A stretch of DNA of 64,000 nucleotides from Piedraia hortae CBS 480.64 (taxonomy: Eukaryota). Within the stretch, counting starts at the first letter, position 1. Every line of letters starts with the position of its first letter. Location: the NCBI GenBank assembly GCA_010093745.1, contig MU005998.1, positions 62,001-126,000 on the forward strand. The letters run 5' to 3'. The notes beneath the pieces were generated by a model, which was given only the letters and a program-made list of their open reading frames with translations, was not told the DNA's origin and ran no database searches. Positions 60,755 to 64,000 of this stretch are shown one piece after another. A program made the position numbers and the translations under genes.

Positions 60755-61250
60755 TTAGCACTGGACATTGCCAAATTCCGGGGAACTTGCTCGCTGATGA
60801 ATCAGCCAAGAGTGCCCGCAGCGGCCCCAGAGACGTGGAAGCCAAGAAAGGTTTCGAAGACCACGTGTACAGCCACTGGAGGGAAGTAGCACCAATGCGG
60901 TCAAGGTCGTACAGGAAATGGTCGACAACGTACGCGATACGCGAGCACGACTTGCTCCACCTCGATCGGCCGACACTGCACAGACTGCTTGCAATTAAAA
61001 CCGGGCACGGAGATTTTGCAGCCTACCGCAGGCGCTTCAATCATCAGGACGCGGTCTTCAACTGCAGTTAAGGGTGGTCAAAAACACCAGATCACCTGGA
61101 TCATTGCCGGCGCGCCATCGCGTGCTGGAGGCTCTGGCCATTGTTCTGGAGGTCGCCAAGAATAAACATGAACGACCAAGAGGGAGACAAACACATGAAG
61201 GGCCTCGCCGCGTATGTGCAGAACAAAAGCAAAGAAATACCACCTCCCCG
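60755..61250 (+). mobile_element. 3' end of Tad1-like LINE (RNase H end plus C-terminal Cys/His motif)
   Basis: GHCQIPGNLLADESAK and LHRLLAIKTGHGDFAAY.RRF.H.DA..CS*G..PDH. Confidence 0.75.
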
Positions 61251-61559
61251 AGGCAACGGGTGATGCCATCGTCGCACATCTACATGGGTCTCACGAATCC
61301 GCACATACCAAGATCTTCTAAACGTCTTGTACCTAGCCGCCGATGACTTAGAGCAGATGAATCGTCATCGCACGGCAGTTACTAGTGCCACCATCCCATG
61401 CTGAACCAGGGGTTAGTAACCAGTGTTACCACGTTTACCGAAACATGTGTCCTCGCGGGTAACCCGCAGTCACTCTTCACTGTCGGGGTAGGGTAGGTCG
61501 GAAACTGTCCGTAAATAGATCCTAGACTATATCCAACGGATCCATCTACGGATTGGAGG

Positions 61560-62400
61560 AGGAGAGGATCATGGAAGAGGAAACTGAAGGGATTGTTGAG
61601 AAATGTGACACGCCACAGGTGCGATATCTCGTCGATCAAGCCTTCCTGCATAGGCTCACGGTCAACGATATGTATAATCAGCACGCGGAAGGTCCAGCCG
61701 TCGATTTTGTCCTCCAAGAACGATACAACAAAGGGCAGTCTTAAGGCACTTTCCCCGACACCGGAGTGACCAAGGTTTTCATGGCGGGACATACCCATTT
61801 TGTCGCCCTGACCACTCTCATGAATATCATCATCGACAGAGCCACTGCGAGTGTGCGCTTCGGCAACGAAAATGTGGTCATCTCAATCGGCTCGGTCGAC
61901 CTGGACACGCCGATGCCATCTATGCTCTGTTTTGCGGACATGGACGGGCTTGGAGTTTACTTTTACAGGATGTGCCAGGAGGGCATAGTGAGTGATTGAA
62001 CCATATACGATAGTGTCTTGATCTCGTGGGTGAAAATTGCTTTGTTATAAGTGCTCTTGATGTTCACCAAAGATGAACGATGCATCCCATCGTCCGATAG
62101 CCGTGGAATTTGGCGTGGAGCTTGTGTCACACGGGCCCCTCGCTAAGTTTCACGGCCATCGCGCAATGTGATGGGGTCTAATCTTTCATCTTGCGCTTAG
62201 CGGAAGGACTTCAATTGCGTCGGTAAATTGGTAGACTGGATTGCAAAGTCTTGCTCGACAGTATGCACATTTAATGTTTGTAAGTATTTTGCGCGAAACT
62301 ATGGGTGACATCACGATGAGCTCTAGGTCAGATGAGTCAAGTCAGTGGTAGATAGGGCGTCCGGGGCCTCGCATGAGTTTCTACCTCACAGAGAAGCTTT
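61560..62400 (+). mobile_element. Degenerate Copia-like pol relic (protease-integrase region)
   Basis: VRFG...SIG.V..DTP..MLC.ADMD.LGVYF and V.DRASG resemble ascomycete Copia-like polyproteins. Heavily broken. Confidence 0.55.
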
Positions 62401-63587
62401 CCCTACGGTGAGGTCACGGTTGAAAAGACAGGTAGTATGTACGAGTGAGAACGATGGATGGAGACTTAGAGATGTGTTTATGAGTGAATACAAGTATATC
62501 TTCGAGGGGACATCAGAGAATATATTCTGGGCTAGAAGGTCAGTGCGTAGCCTCGTATGAAGAGTCATCAATTGTATGACCGTAAGCAAGTGGTTATACA
62601 TGCAGTAAAGACTGTCAGCATGCAGTCTTACTCCATGACTCACCTCAAACAGTAGCAGGGCGCATTCACCATGTCGCATGCGACATGATCCTGAGGGAAA
62701 CCTCTGTGAGAACCAAACCTAGGGTGCAGCTGCTGGTGTAAGAGGTGTCGCGCAGTGGCATCGTACACTGATAGCCACGAGACTTCATGCCAACAACGGT
62801 ATCGCGTGGTCTCGGGTACCCTATCTTTTCTGGCCCATCTGATTCAGGACTCATCGTGCTAAGTGACGATTTGTGAACTCCAGGGCCGCTCACCAATATG
62901 GACCGCTCGCTCAAAATCCCTCTTTTGCAAAAATGTACATGGAAACACTCAAAAAGTCCAGGAACCCCTACTGAAGTTTGTGGGGCTTTGGCAAAATTAC
63001 ATGTCCTTTTTGCTTGGTCTTCGCTCAACTGCATGTCCTTTTGCTGAGTCAACGTGCTCCAGTTGAGCTACTTGCTGGTAAGTCTGTGTATGCGCTCGAA
63101 AACAGCTTCAACCGTGGCAATATGTGAATAGAAAGGCCAGTGTTATGCTTCCATTAAACAAGTATGTTGGAGGGATATGTTTGAAGACCAAAAAGCCTCA
63201 GTTATGATCAGCGGGTAATAGAACATAGTCCATGTGGATTGCAAAAGCCAAGCTACCGATATCATCCACCCCTGAAAGCATGGCACGGTTGTGCCACATT
63301 ACGAGTATGGGGCGGTAAAAGCTAGCAGTTAGCTTAACCAAGCAGAGCATGCCGTTCACCGCGCAACTCTGCTGATTCAAAGCCATAAGGTACCGCACTC
63401 ATTCCCTCCATCGTCAAACCCGATCTGAAGACCCATATAATTTTCGTTAAGGATTTTCCGTATAACCCTATAACCTGTTAAAGCGATAAATGCACTAGAA
63501 GGAATTTTGCCTAGCCAATCCACACAGACAGGCACTCTGCTCACCACTTCCGGAAAAAAACTTCATACCCACAAAACCTTCAGAGCT

Positions 63588-64000
63588 ATGTCCCGAGGCA
63601 AGAAACCCTCAGGCACCATACTACAGCCCCAAGGCATAGAAAGCCAGCCTAGCAACCCTACTGATGAGCACACTGCTGAGGACAATGCCGACCTTGCGAA
63701 CGAATCTGGTCCGTCGTCTACTCGCACTCCTTTGCGTGAAGGGCTCCGACCAGTGGCGCCCACAGAACCCGCAGGCTTACCTGATCCCACTGAACAGTCT
63801 GGTCAAGAATCTGCTCAGCCTATGAAGCAAGATCCTGCGCCTGAAACCTATGACTTCGATCCCGACGAAGAAGGTCTCATTCAAATGGCCACACGCGGGA
63901 GGGGGCTCCGTCCAATCCACAAGCATTTAATACGCAAAGCGTCGGGCAAGGGAAAGAGACACAATACAAAGAAAACGCTGCTCTATCATCCCCCAGGGCC
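63588..64000 (+). CDS. 5' part of hypothetical protein running off window end
   Basis: ATG at 63588 with 137 sense codons open to the window edge (MSRGKKPSG..., acidic/Pro-rich then basic). No domain visible. Confidence 0.45.
   Translation, partial: MSRGKKPSGTILQPQGIESQPSNPTDEHTAEDNADLANESGPSSTRTPLREGLRPVAPTEPAGLPDPTEQSGQESAQPMKQDPAPETYDFDPDEEGLIQMATRGRGLRPIHKHLIRKASGKGKRHNTKKTLLYHPPG

Noticed and set aside
63455..63480. TAACCC-like telomeric seed
   Set aside because: Only one to two imperfect units; consistent with chance.

Overview
Filamentous-ascomycete genomic DNA, probably a compact-genome Dothideomycete (inferred from protein similarity and short 44-55 nt introns with CTRAC-type branch points). 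Dense islands of housekeeping genes (phenol 2-monooxygenase, ALA1, FMP41-like, F-box/JmjC, eIF4A, SNX4, DUF4336, RCL1, DUF1776, DUT1, EAF6, GCG1/ChaC, DUF3844, NPL4, SEC66) alternate with heavily decayed transposon relics (hAT, CACTA-like, Copia, Gypsy, Tad1-like LINE) and three solo-LTR families with two copies each. The most unusual content is two divergent MEX67/NXF1-like mRNA-export paralogs about 22 kb apart. Both lack the NTF2-like domain. One has a duplicated RRM-like module plus a Q-rich linker, and the other is intronless. Between them lies an intact but catalytically erased SNF2/CHD-type remodeler ORF. Also seen: a 20-nt tandem intergenic gap, a dual-start (mitochondrial/cytosolic) AlaRS, two non-canonical introns in GCG1, a head-to-head decayed gene duplication and RIP-type substitutions. 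All family calls come from motif recognition by eye; no database searches were run.
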